Shown: piece by piece, positions 12,001 to 27,000 of the stretch
How the letters are laid out: each line of letters begins with the position of its first letter
Position numbering within the stretch: position 1 is the stretch's first letter
Assembly (NCBI RefSeq): GCF_006345805.1
Contig: NC_043003.1
Location: 47,244,001-47,308,000 of the forward strand
Length of the DNA: 64,000 bases
Source of the DNA: Octopus sinensis
Lineage: Eukaryota
Direction of reading: 5' to 3'
Position numbers and translations under genes: made by a program
The notes under the pieces: model-generated
Databases searched by the model: none
Seen by the model: only the letters and a program-made list of their open reading frames with translations
What the model was told of the DNA's origin: nothing

Positions 12001-15000
12001 TCTGGCTCTGAGTACAAATGCCTTGTTTTCATTAGTTTTGAATTAAAATCTTCCACCAAACCTTAGTCACAATTTATGTTCCTAACACTAGCTTAATGAT
12101 AACCAAGTAATTTTACTAAATTCTTTATTATATTTGAAGTAATTGAAAGAAACACAGAGCATCCCAAAATAAATACAGTAACGAAAGGGTTAATCACTGA
12201 CTTGTATCACATTTTTATTCTCTCTCTGCATACCATCTTCATCATGTAATGTCTGCCTTCCATACTGGTATGGGTTGTCATGCTCCAATGTTTGTTTTGG
12301 CATGGTTTTTGTTGCTGGTTGCTCTTGCTAACAACAACAACTATATAGAGTGTCCTGGTGCCTTTTTCACAACATTAGCGTTAGTGAGATCACCTTGCAG
12401 CTTGCAAGGCTAAGTGCCTAAAGTAACCCCTATAACTGATGGAGAATGGGGAGAAAGAGAGAGTCTGTGTGTGATTATTCTAGACAGGGTAAAGTAAGAT
12501 TAGAAGAATAGATTAATAGTTGTTATAGGAAACAGGGAAAGAGAAGGGATTTAGTGTCAGGGTTTATTGGGAAAGCAAGGGACAGGGTGGAAAGGTGATA
12601 GCATATGTTGTGTAGGGATGGATCAAGGGCTATTCCTATATTATGAAAGAGCCATTGAAAGAGGGGTGGGTATTGGGGAGGTAGAAAAGCTGTGTGGAGA
12701 AGACTGAGAGGAAATGAAAGAGTGGGAGAGTAGTTAAGGACATTGAGGGGAAAGAGGCTGAAGGTGCCATAAAGGGAAGAGAAAGAGCAGAGAAAGCATC
12801 TCATGGGAAGGCTGTGGAGAGAACATAGAGGGAGAGAAAGGAGTAAGAGGGACTGAGTGAAAGAAAGGTTAGAGGTCATTGTACAGGTGTAAGGATGGCT
12901 AGTGAGATGAAGGCAAGTGGAAGTGTTGGGTGGCAATACAGGTAACCTGGGAGAGTGTACTGGTTTGTTGTAAGCAGGATGATTGAAACAGATGAGATGG
13001 TACAGCTGTGAGTGAAGAGATGGGAGCTGTGGAGGAGAAGAGTGAGGATACAAAGTGAAGGGGCAATAAAGTGAGCTTGACAAGGAACAAATACACACAC
13101 ACATATTGGCCACACTCATTTTTCTAGTACACTTTCTTTAAATGTACAGTATATATATTCTGTTGCTAAGCCGTTTCCCCTCACTGTTCATTGTTCCATC
13201 TATTCTCATTCATTTAAAAACCCTTGGCTGCTCCATTGAATAGATATATTAACACTGACTTAGCTATTAAAAAAAAAAAAAACTAGACTACTTTCCATAG
13301 TAAAAACTGAGTTAGAGGAAGTTTTATTTATTATATTTATTTTTAGAAATTGTTTTCATGAGTTAATTTGGTTGAAAGATAACAATTGACATTAACTCCA
13401 TAACTTATATTATTCTAGACTTTTGCTTCTTGAGTTTAAACTTGTGGAATCGGGCAAAGGTTGATTTTAATATTTTTGCGTGTAGCTGAATGTATGAGGT
13501 TTCAGCAAAGTAAAATACCAGTAAACATCTCATTGGTAAAGTTTTTATTATAAGTGTAAATAGGGCTTTTAAAGGAGGACTTGAGTTCTTTTTACTGCTA
13601 ATTGAATGTAAGGTACATGTCTTTCTCCCTCCGGATACATGGTAGACTTAAATCTATTGCTTGGCTTAATACCTCCACTCAGTTCTATGATGCAGTCATG
13701 GGACTGCAGCATGGCATATTGTGAAGAGGTAGCAGGAGAGTGCAACTGAGCCAACAGTGCTTCTTACATTGATGCTGAACCAAGGAATCCTAGAAGATCA
13801 TCAGTCAGGGTCACCAAGCTCTATCATGAGAAGAACTGCCACACATCTATATTCAACTACGATTCAAGCTCCCAATTCAAATTCATAATGGAATTGGATG
13901 GTAACATGAAGTCATGGGAAACTGCGAGAGTAGCGCAAGAAAAAGAAAGCATTTAGAAGTATTCAGGCCAGGATCTGAGGATAGTCTCTTCTTTTCATTG
14001 TATCGGGCTGAGTAAAAAGCAAGCAACATTTTGAAACATGAAATTCATCACAATATATTTCAGCAATACGGAAATTTTATTCATCAAAGAAAGTACCATT
14101 ACAATCAACACATTTTTGCCAATGAGTTACAAGTTTATTTATTCCAGTAACCTAAAAATCTGGAGCTGATGAAATCTTTGAATGCACTTTCAGCATTGGT
14201 TTGATTTTTGAACTCCTCTCTCAGGAAAACCATCAAGATGCTTGGAAAAGTGGTAGTCGGTAGGAGAAAAGTCTGGGGAATAAGCTGGGTGGGGAAGAAC
14301 TTCATAGCCAAGTTCCCTCAACTTCTGGAACATCATTAGTGAAAAGTGTGGTCATGCATTTTCATGAAGAATGATTGGCCCTCTTCTGTTGACCAGTCTG
14401 GGATGGAGGAGTAGCAGTTTTTCATTCATTTTGACAATTTCATGGCAATATGTTTCTGCAGTAACGGTTTTTCCAAGTTTTAAGAAGTTATAGTGGATGA
14501 GTCCAGCAGTACACCACGAAACAGTCACCATAACTTTCTTTTTGAAGACCTTGAGCTTAGGGAAGGTTTACAGTGTTTCATTTGGGTCCAGCCACTGTAA
14601 AGTTTTTTTATTATTGTACAAAATCCACTTTTCATCACAAGTTACAATACGGTCGAGAAAAGGATTGATCTGGTTACAGAGAAGAAATGACAAGCAAATT
14701 TCATATCTGCGTATTTTCTGATTTTCATTTGTCGAACTTTTTTGATTTTCCAATCACATGTAAATGGTTGCAGGCAGTTCTCTGACTAACTTGAAGTTCT
14801 TTTGCCAATTCTCGAGTGGTTTTACGTGGATCTTTTTCAATGACAGATGGGCGTCCCCTACGCTCGCAGTCTTCAAGGTTCAGGTCTCCACTGCAAAATC
14901 AGTTAAACTCTTTTTGAGCTGACTACTCGCTGACCATTTCCTCACCAAACGTTTTGTTGATATCATGAGCATTTTCAGCTGCTTTACATCCTTTTTTTGA

Positions 15001-18000
15001 AGTTGATAACAAGATTGCTTTAATATCTTTGACAGTTCCATTTCAGATAGTGGTAACAATGGTGAAAAAATGTTAATTTATTGATGCATTTGGATAAGTC
15101 TATGTCTGTATTATTAGACAATTGCGAAAAAAATATTTAAAAAAAATTCAAAACCCCGCAAAAGTCCAGTACAAATTCTTCATGGTTCAAAACGTTGCTT
15201 ACTTTTTACTCAACCTGATACCATTTTCTGGATCTCCGAGAGGTTCTCTCTAATCGTCATCATGATCATGTAATACCTACTTTTTCATGTTTCCCTGGGT
15301 CAGACGGAATTTGTTAAGGTAGATGTTTCTTTGACCAAATGCCCTTGCCTGTTTCTGTGCAAGGTAATATTCTCTATGACCAGACATGGAAAGGAACCAC
15401 ATCACTTGTATGAGCTATGCTTGTTTAAAACCATCATGTGAAGACAAGTGTACACACATACGATGGGCTTTTTCCAGTTTCCTTTTATCAAATTCACTCA
15501 CAAAGCTTAGGTCACCCCAGGGCTTTAGCAGAAGATATTTGTCCAAGGTACCATGCAGTGGGGCTGAAACTGAGGCTACATGATTGCGAAACAAACTTCT
15601 ACCCACACAGCTATGTCTGCATTTCAGTCACAAAAGAAAAGGGTTGTTAGTCCATTGTAGATATCATTTCTCAGATGATCCAGTACCTAATACTAACAAC
15701 TCAGTGAAATGAAGAACCATAAAAGAACTTGTGGATATGAATTTGTGACTTTGTAGCCAAATACTATGTCCACTTGACCATTCAGCTATGACAGCATCAT
15801 AGAATTTTATTCTGTTTTTAATGCTTAACATGAATTATTCTATGTAAACATAGACAGGAAAAAGTTTGACGAAGCAGATGTCTTTTACAGTTGCATGTCC
15901 ACTTTCCTTCTAACCACTCACAACATAATGGCTGTAACATTAATCTTTTATATTTTACTTGTTTCAGTCACTGGATTGTAGCCATGCCAGGGCACTGCCC
16001 TGCAGAGTTTGTGGGGAACACCCAAAGGCGTCTATGTATGTGTGTGTGTGTGATTATGTGTATGTATTTTGCTGTGTACAGATTTAATGTATTAAGAAAA
16101 AGAGGCAATAAGAATTTTTGGATAATTATTTATTTAGCACTTTCATCTCATTTCTGTGATTCATCAGGATAAATCTCTGAAATGAGATGAAAACGCTAAA
16201 TAAATAATTATTCAAAGTACCAGTCAAGTACTGAAGTCAATGTAATTGATTTGCCCCCTATACTCAAAATAACTGATTTTGTCTTAAAATTTCAAGTCAT
16301 TATTGTAAGAAATATTGCAAACAAAAAGCAATAAAACAAATGATTAAATCGGAGTTCACTCCCTTAGTTTAGGTATTTATATATTGGATGAATGAATGAT
16401 ATTTGTGTCTCAGATATTAAGAAGAACTTGGCTGAAGACAGAATTATGGTGGACAATAACTGTTAAATTCCATACTGTTGCCTTAGTACCTTCACTTTCG
16501 ATCTCACTTTTGGACATCTTAGACAATTGCCTTTTCTATCAGCTATTTTGTACAATCGAGTATATCTGAAATGTTGGCCAACTTAGTATGTAATAGACAG
16601 TTATATAAACCCTGTCTTTATATACAATATCTTCATGACAGAAAAAAAGGTTAGTTATTTGTTGATGAAATACCAGAATAGAAATGAAACTAGTTCAGCT
16701 AGTGGGTTCTTTTCTGTTAAATAGCAGTGAGATACCTTGCTTCATGGGTAGACTGTTTTTCAACCAAGACTAAAGAGCAACTATCTAGAAGGTAAAAAAA
16801 AAAACTCTTTAAAAATCCTCAACAAGTGTGTATGTATTGAATAAAGAAGGGGACATATATCCACATATGTATGTGTGCATATAATAGATATATAGTAAAT
16901 CCACTGTGAAGGTGAGTGGCTTAGTAGTTAGGGTATTCACCTTATGATATTGACTAGAGGACTATGATGAATAAGAGGGGGCTGAAGACTGATACTTGGT
17001 GGACCCTATCCCTACCTGGAATTCTTCACTATACTTGTTGCCAACTCTCACCTTACTGACAGCATCCCTGTACATGGCTTGTACAGCTCTCTCTAACCAC
17101 TCATGTATCCCTAGTTTCTGCATAGACCACCAGATAAGGGATCGAGGGCCCTATCAAAGACTTTCTCCATGTCAACAAAAGCCAGGTACAGAGGTTTATC
17201 TTTGGTTAGGTATTTTTCCTGCAGCTGTCTTACCAGAAATATAGCATCAGTGGTGCTTTTCCCTGGCACAAACCTAAACTGACTCTCTCCCTGATTAGTT
17301 GGGCTATGACACTCTCTATGACTTTCATTACTTGATACCTCTGTAATTATTCATATCTAATGCATCACCTTTACCTTTGTAGCAGTTGTCTATGGTGCTG
17401 CTACACCAGTCATTAGGTATGACTCCTTCATGTATCACCTGATTGACTATACAGGTGACTAAACTATAGCCAACACTGCCAGATATTTTAGGCATCTCTG
17501 CGGTGATACCTGATGGGCTGGGAGCTTTCCCTGTCTTATACCCTTAATTGCTTTATCTACCAAGGTACTGTCAATTCGGATAGTAGGTCTCTCTGTTGGA
17601 TCGACATTCGGCAGACCCTCTTTCTCCCATTCATTCTCTTCATTTAGCAACCTTTCATAGTGGCGTCTCCAAGTCTCTCTCCTTGCAGCCTCATTAAATG
17701 CAAGTGAGCCATCATCCATGCAGACACATTTCTCTCCAATGACATCACGATTCTCTCTCACACACTGTCTTGCAACACGAAACACTTCAAGTCTTTGGTC
17801 CTCATGACATAGAACATTGGCAAATTTTTTCTTATCTGCTTTCCCTCTGGCTAAGTAAATCTGTGTCCTATCTTCGCTTCTGGCAATCTGATACAATTCC
17901 CTTGTACCACCATTCTTCCAGTCTTTCCATGCCTGTTTCTTTTCCTTAATGGCCCTGTCAACTACATTATTCCTCCACCACATTACCTTGGGTTGAGAGG

Positions 18001-21000
18001 GGACTTTGCACCATCCACAGATCTGGTCAGTAGCCCTCCTGTAAGATTTATTTCAATTTTTTTACATATCAAAAATTAACAGGGGTAAAATTCTTTAAAA
18101 TTGTATCCTAAATTGAACATCCTTTCTGTTATATTTTGTGTTGAATCATTATATGCAGTTTACAATAAGGATAGTTAAGAATCTTTGATTTAGCTAACCT
18201 AGTCAATTGAACTGGCTGTACAGTATTCCTTTATTATATGTATTCAAATCACTGCCTTGTGGAGGCACATGGCCTAGTGTTTAGAGCAGCGGACTCACAG
18301 TCGAGGGATGACGGGTTCGAATATCAGAACGGGCGATGTGTGTGTTTATGAGTGAATACACCTAAGCTCCATGCGGCTCCGGCAGAAGGTAATGGCAATC
18401 TTCTGCTGACTCTTTCGCCACGACTTTCTCTCACTCTTTCCTCCTGCATCTTGCAGCTCACCTGTGACGGACCGGCGTCCCGTCCAGGTGGGGAACCTAT
18501 ATGCCAAGAAACCAGGAAACTGGCCCTTATGAGCCAGGCATGGCTCGAGAAGGAACAAACAAATCACTGCCTTCATAGGCTTAGATTTTCACTCCACCAC
18601 AGTTAATGAAATACATCCCAGTCATTCATTGACATGGATTCTTCCTATTGTGCTCATTCCCTTTAGGAGTTCGCTCCTAGTTAAGAAAATTTATCCATTA
18701 AATGCAGAGTTATTTGTCTGTTGTAAAGGGCTGAAGGTTATGTTTATCCTTTTATACTAACTGATGCACAAGTCTTTACCTTCTTCTCAGCTTTTCTCAC
18801 CCTTGTATGATGTGGAGTAGCCATGTATCTCTTCTATAGCAAGACACCTGTGTTTGTCCCTCTGTCACACTTTAGCCTCACAACACCTGGCATAAAGCCA
18901 CTTCTCAAATACTCTGCCCATTTAGTCGATGGGGCTTTTTCCTATTCTTTTTCTGTCTAGTTGGTTACTTAGCAACCTCACTAATGCTGTAAAAAACACA
19001 CTGTAAAGTGGTTGGTGTTAGGAAAAGCATCTTGCCATAAAAACAAAGCCAAAGTTGGCATTGGAGCTCAACATAGCCATGTAGCTTGCCAAATCCTATC
19101 AAACCATCCAATTCATGAGAACCGACATGAAATGATGAGGATAGTGGTGTGTGCATATCCTCTGAACAACGTGCATAATTTATCAGCTACAGTATATGCT
19201 TGTCTTTTGATTGATACAATGCATGGGATTATAATTTTATCTTTTATGCCTTATTTTACTAATCAATAGCTATAATCTCATATAATCTCCAGCTGCCATG
19301 TTTTTGCATGTTGTTAAGATTAATGGAAACAGCAGAGTAAACACAGATGTAGTTACTATACAGGGCTTAGCTGTTTAGTTTCAGAGGAAAGGAAAGAAAC
19401 TATAAACGGAAATCTTGTCAAAAACTACTATAAATTCTTTTTTTGAATGATTAGTAACAGTAAAACTGACAAAATATCTTTTACTTGTTTCAGTCATTGG
19501 ACTGCAGCCATGCTTAGCAACATTTTTTTGTCCGTCTTAACATTCTGAGTTCAAATTCCACAGTGGTCAATTTTTGCCTTTCATCCTTTGCAGACCAATA
19601 AAAATAAGTACCAGTTGAATACTGGAGTCAATGTAATCAACTAGGCCCCTCTCCAAAACTTCAGGCCTTGTGCCTCTAGTAAAAAAATGTATATAAGCTA
19701 TCATTGGTTCTTGATACTGTTTCACTTTTCAATTCTGATCAATGTTCTATTTATTTAAAAACCTTTTTTTTTTGGTGTTATATTTTGCAAGGGTTTTGAA
19801 ACAAAATACTCACCCTAGCTCAGTCCATTGTCACACAAGTAACAATGTACTAAGCTTGATGCCTTTCCACATTCCATGTCCTATTTGCTCTTCTGCCCTC
19901 TTAATCTTGAAAAACTATTAATAGCATCATACATCACATAATTAAAAGCATTGACAAAATGGCCAAGTGATAGAGTAACAGCCATGACTTAAGTTCTTAA
20001 TTTAGCATTGTGTTGCGTTTGTAGACTAAGGCATTTTTCATCTGCATGTCTCAGTCCACTTGGCTATCAGCAATGGGCACCAGAATTCCTTGGAAAGTAA
20101 CCTGTAGAAAAGGGGTGGTGAATTTATCTTTCTTCTGTTAAGTAACCAATACTAAGAAAAAAATGGTCCACTTGCACTTTCTTAGTTTGTAAAAGGAAAA
20201 ATTTTTTTGATGTAAAAATATATTTTGGGTTTGGAAGTTAAAACCTTGGTTTTTGGAGAGAGAAATAATTTGATTCTAGCCAGAATATCTGTCAGCTTCA
20301 ATATAACTGTTGGAAGAATTGAACTTTGCACTGTAAGTTAATGAATTACCTCTCAGTTTTACAGTACTTTACTGTCTTTTTTTTTTTTTTAACTTATATT
20401 TGCTAGGTTTACTGACTGTTGACATCTGCCTTAGCCAAAGATTTTAGTGCTGTGACTGAGAAAGATATAAAGTGTCAATCTGCTAGTTTTCTAGTGGTCT
20501 CATTGATTTTGCCATTCATTGTCTCCTAGCAATTAGGCCTTCATGAATATATTTTCTTTGGAATAATGTATTTACCTAGGGATCTTAATGATAGGAAGTT
20601 ACTTGTCAACAATAACATACAATGGATAAACTGAATACACTTGAAAAGCCAAACAAAATTATGTTTAGTTTGCTATGAGGATAAGAAGTGCATTACATTT
20701 TGAGCAAAGCCTTCTCTTTATTTTATTGATGCTTTCCCGTGCTGACTGCAGCTACTCTTGAACTTTAGTAATTTATATAGAAATGAGTCTATATTATTTT
20801 TTGCTTTTATTTATGAACAGTACCTACCTAACAGCAGTAGGACAAATAATGAGTACTCATTGAAATATATTTAACCTCACTGTATTGGAGCTATGTGAGG
20901 TTGCTACTGTTGTGGCTTGGAATACCTTGGATGTAGAAAATGACAATGAAGATATGAAAGTGAAGTGCAAGACAATCACATTTAAGACATGGAAAGGAGA

Positions 21001-24000
21001 AAAGTATAAGGTTGGTTAATGAAGGCGGCGAGCTGGCAGAAACGGTAGCAAGTCGGGCGAAATATTTAGTGGTATTTCGTCTGCCGCTACGTTCTGAGTT
21101 CAAATTCCGCTGAGGTCGACTTTGCCTTTCATCCTTTAGGGGGTGATTAAATAAGTACCAGTTACGCACTGGTGTCGATATAATCAACTTAATCCATTTG
21201 TCTGTCCTTGTTTCTCTTCTCTGTGTTTAGCCCCTTGTGGGTAGTAAAGAAATAGGTATAAGGTTGGTTGTGAGAGTTTCTCAAGTCAGTTATCAACCAG
21301 GGATTTTAATTGCTCTCGGTGGGTCTGACATGAAAAGTAACCAGCACCAACATGACTCAGGTTGGTGTTCAACCATCATGACCATAGCATATTATTTAAA
21401 CTGAATTTTCTTTTTCCAGGAATGCTTTAAAAAAGGGTGGAATGATCACAAGCAGTTACACAAAAAAGCAAGTAAGTTCTTTAAAGACAAGCTTCAGCCT
21501 TGTCTACTTAACATATTTGGTCTTTTTTTTATGTGAATGTTTACTTCTTGAACAGAAATTTTAAAATTAATATATATATATTTTTTCTTTTCTTTCAGAA
21601 GAAAAAAACTTAACTCAAAGTGTATATAATCCATGGCCTAATTATCGGTTTACTGGCCCACTCCGACCATATCAACAGGTAAACTATGTGAATTGTTTTG
21701 GATAAAGTGCTCCCTCTAGTGTGGCAAATTTTTTGTTTGTCTTAATCCTTTAGCATTCACATTATTCTGTCAAAAGCAATGCTTATTTATTCACATTGTT
21801 TTGAATTAATCATGCATTATTTTGTATGAGATAACAGTTAATTTTTAGAATGCTAATGTAGAGTAGGCTTGAGAGGCCAGGTATGAACATAGAACAGGTA
21901 GAATATTTTGTCTGGATGTGGCCAGTTTGAATGCTAAAGGGTAAAGTGCATCATCCACATCCATCCCATCATACCAGTAAGAGTTGAGAGGAACACAAAA
22001 AGTCTTTTTCTTTCTTTGATTGTGTTGTTGCAAATCTCAAGTAATTGTTACTTTCGACTGGCTGTCCCTCCTACTAAGCAAACATCATTGAACACTGCTG
22101 GTCTTATTCTATACCTGACGCTCATCTCACAATGTATCAAGAGTACATGCAGGTAGCAAGTATAAACATATTTGTGTATAAGACAAATAAGCACAGATGT
22201 GGCTGTGTGGTCAAGAAGCTTGTTTCCCGACCATGTGCTCTTGTAATATGTAAGAGTGGATGGTATAATTAGTAAGCAAAAAAAGGTAACTGATGATTTT
22301 GGACACTTAATGAACCAAAGTGCCTTGTGTGAGCAGAGGATATCCGTGGTTTTATATCTTGGGTGGACAACAGTAATTTATTACTGTAAATAAAGGAGTG
22401 AAATGGAAAGTTGTGATATTTCTTTTCCTAAACCTTGAAGCAGCATTAAATGAAGACAAATGGGTCTTGGTCTCGCTCTCTCTCTTTCTTGCACACACAT
22501 ACATGCAAGCAATTGAGTGTGCCATGGTTATAATGTTAGTAAAAAGCTGACTTGGAAGGCGGATGTTAAATGATGATGATGATTATCCACATCAACATTA
22601 CTAACAGTGTCAATGGTGTTAATTAAATGCTAAGATTTTAATGTAAAGGCCATAAGATATTATAAACACTACCAGTGAACTTGTTGCTCCTTGCTATTGT
22701 AAATTGGTGCTTATAATGTCTAATATCATCATTAGTAGTAGTAGTAGGAGTAGCAGCAGCTATATTAATACCAATCTCTCTTTCCATATATATTCTAAAC
22801 AAACAGCAGCACTTTTTGTTTTCTTGACATATGCCAGTTCTCTTATAATGTAATACATATATTGTTTCTTTTTTCAGAGTCCCAAGAGAATAGTACCAGA
22901 TCTTATCCCAAGGCCTGATTATGCAGATCAGGCAGAAGGTTTGTTGAATTTTTAACATTAAATTTAGTTCAGCAGCAGCAGGCAGTCTTGTGTGCATGCG
23001 TGCTAACATTCCTTGCAAGAATGAGTGTATGTGTTCATGCTGTACTTTTTTTTTTTTTGCGGTGGGTGTGGAGTGTATAGATTTATGGATTTACTCCTTT
23101 GCTCACTCAAATTTATTAAGGTGTCTTTCCATAGCTCCAAAACAGTATACTCTAAAGCTAGCTCGTATCTTTGCCAAGTTCTTCAGTCTCTGTCTATCTC
23201 TTTCTTTCTCTCTCTCTCTCTCTCAAAACATACTGGTGGCGTTCCATCCCTAGAAGTACTATTCTCTCTGACTCCTCAAACTACTGATCGTCTCGCTCTC
23301 TTCTAACATTACAAAAGTAATCGAAACAGATATCAACGATCACTTTGAGTCTGTCCATTCTCTCTCTCTCTCACCACCACCACCTGTACATCTTCTGTTG
23401 AGCTAAATCTACCAGTGACTTGCTCTCCTATCTGACTAATTATTAGTAGTTTACTCTTGAAAACTTTAGTAGTGGCAATGCTGTTGCACTTGCCGTACCC
23501 AAATTTCCATCTGTCTCTCATTTATTTGGTTGTGCAATTGCATCATGCACTGATGATCATTCCAATCTATAACTTATTAACACCCACCATCTTCAGGATA
23601 TTCGTTTCAAATTTTGGCACTAGGCCAGCAATATAGGGGGTGGGGTGCAAGTAGTTTACAATGACCCCAGAGTTCAACTGGTACTTATTTTATCAACTCT
23701 GAAAGATTGAAAGGCAAAATCAACCTCAGCAAAATTTGGACATTGAAAGGATGCAAGGCAATTTGAACTCGGAACATAAAGATGGACAAAATGCTGTGCC
23801 TGGCATGCTAATGATTCTGCTAGCTTGCCACCTTAATCTCTTTAGTATATTAGTTTTGAATTTTGGCACAAGGCTAGCAGTTTAGGGGGAAGGGGCAAGT
23901 CGTTTACAAGTTGATGACAACCTTACTTCTACCAATAACACAAGATCAATTACTACATTAATTAGGAAAACAATTTTGTACCCCACTATTTCTCAACATA

Positions 24001-27000
24001 ACACAATCAAAACCCTCAGAGCTGGTAGGCTTCATATATCCCTTTATTAGCAATTTGCACTTATATAACATGGCTAAAACATCATCACAAAGGAAAATTA
24101 TAGTTCCTTTGCAGAGCCAAGAATTATTTCATTCTCAACCAGTTGTCTGTCCTTAACAAAGTTCACATAAACACAAATTGGAGAGCTGCTCAAATTTATG
24201 AGGTGATGCTGCAGTTATACACACTAACTTCTTGTATCAAATCCAAAAGGCCATTTAACTGGGTGGAGAAGATTCAGTTATTAGTAGGTTTCAACTATTG
24301 ACTCACAGATGTACTGCTTTATCATTTTGACAATCCTTTTTCTATTACAATGACTTCTGCTCCTCTGAAGTAATTACCTCTATCCTGGTGCACATCAAGC
24401 CTATTTTTTTTATCTTGCCACTCTTACTGTATCTCACTTCTCAGATGTTAATTAAACCCTTGCAATATTCAGAAGTTTCTTCCCTACCCACATTTGATAT
24501 ATAGGTGTTCCAGGTGAATATACCATATCAATCTTACCTGTCTGGAAGTAGCTGCAGCAGTCATGGACACTACCATCTGAGTAACTTATGCTGATTGAAG
24601 AGTGAATGATAGAGAGGATGGTAGTTGAAAAGGAATAAAAGAGGAAAGTATGGAAAAAAGATGGCAAGAGAATTAATTAGGTGGGAATAAAGCAAGTATG
24701 AAAGGTTAGAAGTTGCCAAAGGTTGTGTGTGTGTGTAAATATTTGAGTCACTTAGTTTACTCAAATATTTACACTCAAGTTCAGCCTGAGTAGGATTGTG
24801 ACGTTTAGACAGTCAAATATATTAGAGCAAGTTGAAATTACACCATCTAGAATATATCATATTTCTATCTGGTTTGAAATCACATTCTGTATAGGAATGG
24901 TAGATAAAAGATAAATAGGAAGCTACCAAAGCAGATGTGGACAAGGCTCCATATGTGATAGTCTCAATCCCAGAACTATTATTAGGGATGGTTGGCAACC
25001 TGCCTCCTGTGAAATGAACTGTCAATGGGCAACTTTTTATTGTATCAACTGCAATGATATGGGTGCTTTCTTTAAGATTGTGTCAAGTTAACCTGTACAT
25101 ACTGTAATAATATCTTCATTCAGGATATACAGGTGCACTACATGATGCAGTGCTTCAAATGATTGCTTTGTAGACTGTCCTTTCCTCTTACACCCTATTT
25201 AGCCTTTTATCACCTTGTTATCACTGCTGTGATAACATTTTAATTAAGAACAAAACAAACATGCTTTAGGCTCTGTTTTTTAAACTTCATTTTTTTCTTC
25301 TTGTTCATGTTTTATCTGTTATGGACTTGTACTTCACTGAATATAAACCTGTCATCTTTATTTTTTAACCCTTTTGTTATTGTATTTCTGTTGAATTATA
25401 CTGCCTTTATTTCAATTAATTCTAAAAAGAATGAAGAATTTAGTAAACTAACTACGTCATTATTAAGCAGGTATTTGGAACATAAATTAACTTGAAATTT
25501 TAGTGGAAGGTTTTAACTTAACCACTTTAAAACAAAAAGTTTCTTTAGTAGACCCAGGAGAAATTTCAGACTGGTTGGTATTAAAAGGGTTAATTTCGTT
25601 AAATATGATATCTATCTAAGTCATGTTTTTACCTTCTCAATTTTAGGAATACCAATCTCAGAACGACAAATGAAAGAGACTACTGGTATTAAAGTCTTGA
25701 ATGAAGAAGAACAAGAAGGAATGCGTTTAGCCTGCCGGGTGAGTTTAACTCATCTAAGTAGCGTTCATTTATTTGTAAAGTTTTCCATAAAATTTTTGGC
25801 AGATATGAGTGTAGCTTATTGACTAATTAATATTCTTGGACCTGGTAGTTACTGACCCACTTAATAGTGCCTAAAACTAATGCGTTGAGTGAGTTTAATT
25901 AGTAGAGATTCTTACATACTATAGGTTATCGTAAAGGATAAGCTTGAGAATCCAATGGAACTAGTGATGTGCATCAATAACAATTAGTCAGTGGGCTAAT
26001 TTGATAAGTGAATTTATTGTGAGTGGGGCATAGAATCTAACAGTTTAGGCCCTGCCCTTGAACTAAGAATGAGAAAAAGTGTTTTTTTTTTCTTTCTTCG
26101 CTCTCAGATTCAGTACAAAACATTATCCTCTACATTCCTCACAAAATATATATGTTATGGTCCCCTGTTGTAAAGAGTTTGGTTAGTGATGTAACAGTAT
26201 TGATGAAAGATATGATGAAGAGAGGTGGCTATGATGCAAAGGATTATGTATATATATATATATGAAGTTGAGGAATTGCAGTTTTTTATTTATTTATTTA
26301 TTTATTCATTGCACAAGGAAAATTGGCCACACCTAGATCTTTTACATGCTCTGCAAGAAGGTTGAGACTTGTACTGAAAAAAGTGAACAAGTGTTATAGT
26401 TCTATGGGGCAAAGTATTCTGTGAGTGAAACCAGAGTTGGCTGTTGTTGTTTAGCCAAAGATCAGCCCTGATCCTGTAGATCAAAACTGTATCAGCCATG
26501 AACACTCACCAAATCTTTATTTTAGATGTAGTACATCTAGGACTACATTATCTTATATATCCTTCCATTTCTGAACATAATACTGATGGTTTTTGGAGAT
26601 TTGGTTGTTATTACTAGCAAGTTGGGCAACTACTTTACATGCTTCTTTGGATTCCAGATACTCCTTTATTGGCCCAGAATGACATGTACAGTAAATGTTG
26701 GTGTGCTTAGTGATTGGAAGTATGTTGGTGTGTGAAAAGTTAGTAATCAGCTAGATACTTGCGTATGATGCAATTTAAAATATTTGTGCATGTATGTGTC
26801 TGTAGCAGCTACTCTGTTCAGGATGGATGAGCAATATTTACGTGTCTTTTATTGAGTATCAGCAGTTGTTCAAAGAATTTTCTGATCCTAAAAAAAGAAA
26901 TCTATCATTTGAGATGCAATTTATTTTATGTTATAAAGATTATTGTTGCAGTGAATGAGCGTTGGAGATTGTCAAGTCTATCAGTTACCTTGAGTGGATT

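Noticed and set aside
12523-13119. 198-aa minus-strand ORF
   Set aside because: Product of the purine-rich low-complexity tract; biased S/L/P/H composition.
18259-18335. tRNA-like sequences here and at other SINE heads
   Set aside because: They are SINE heads with repeat bodies and TSDs, not tRNA genes.
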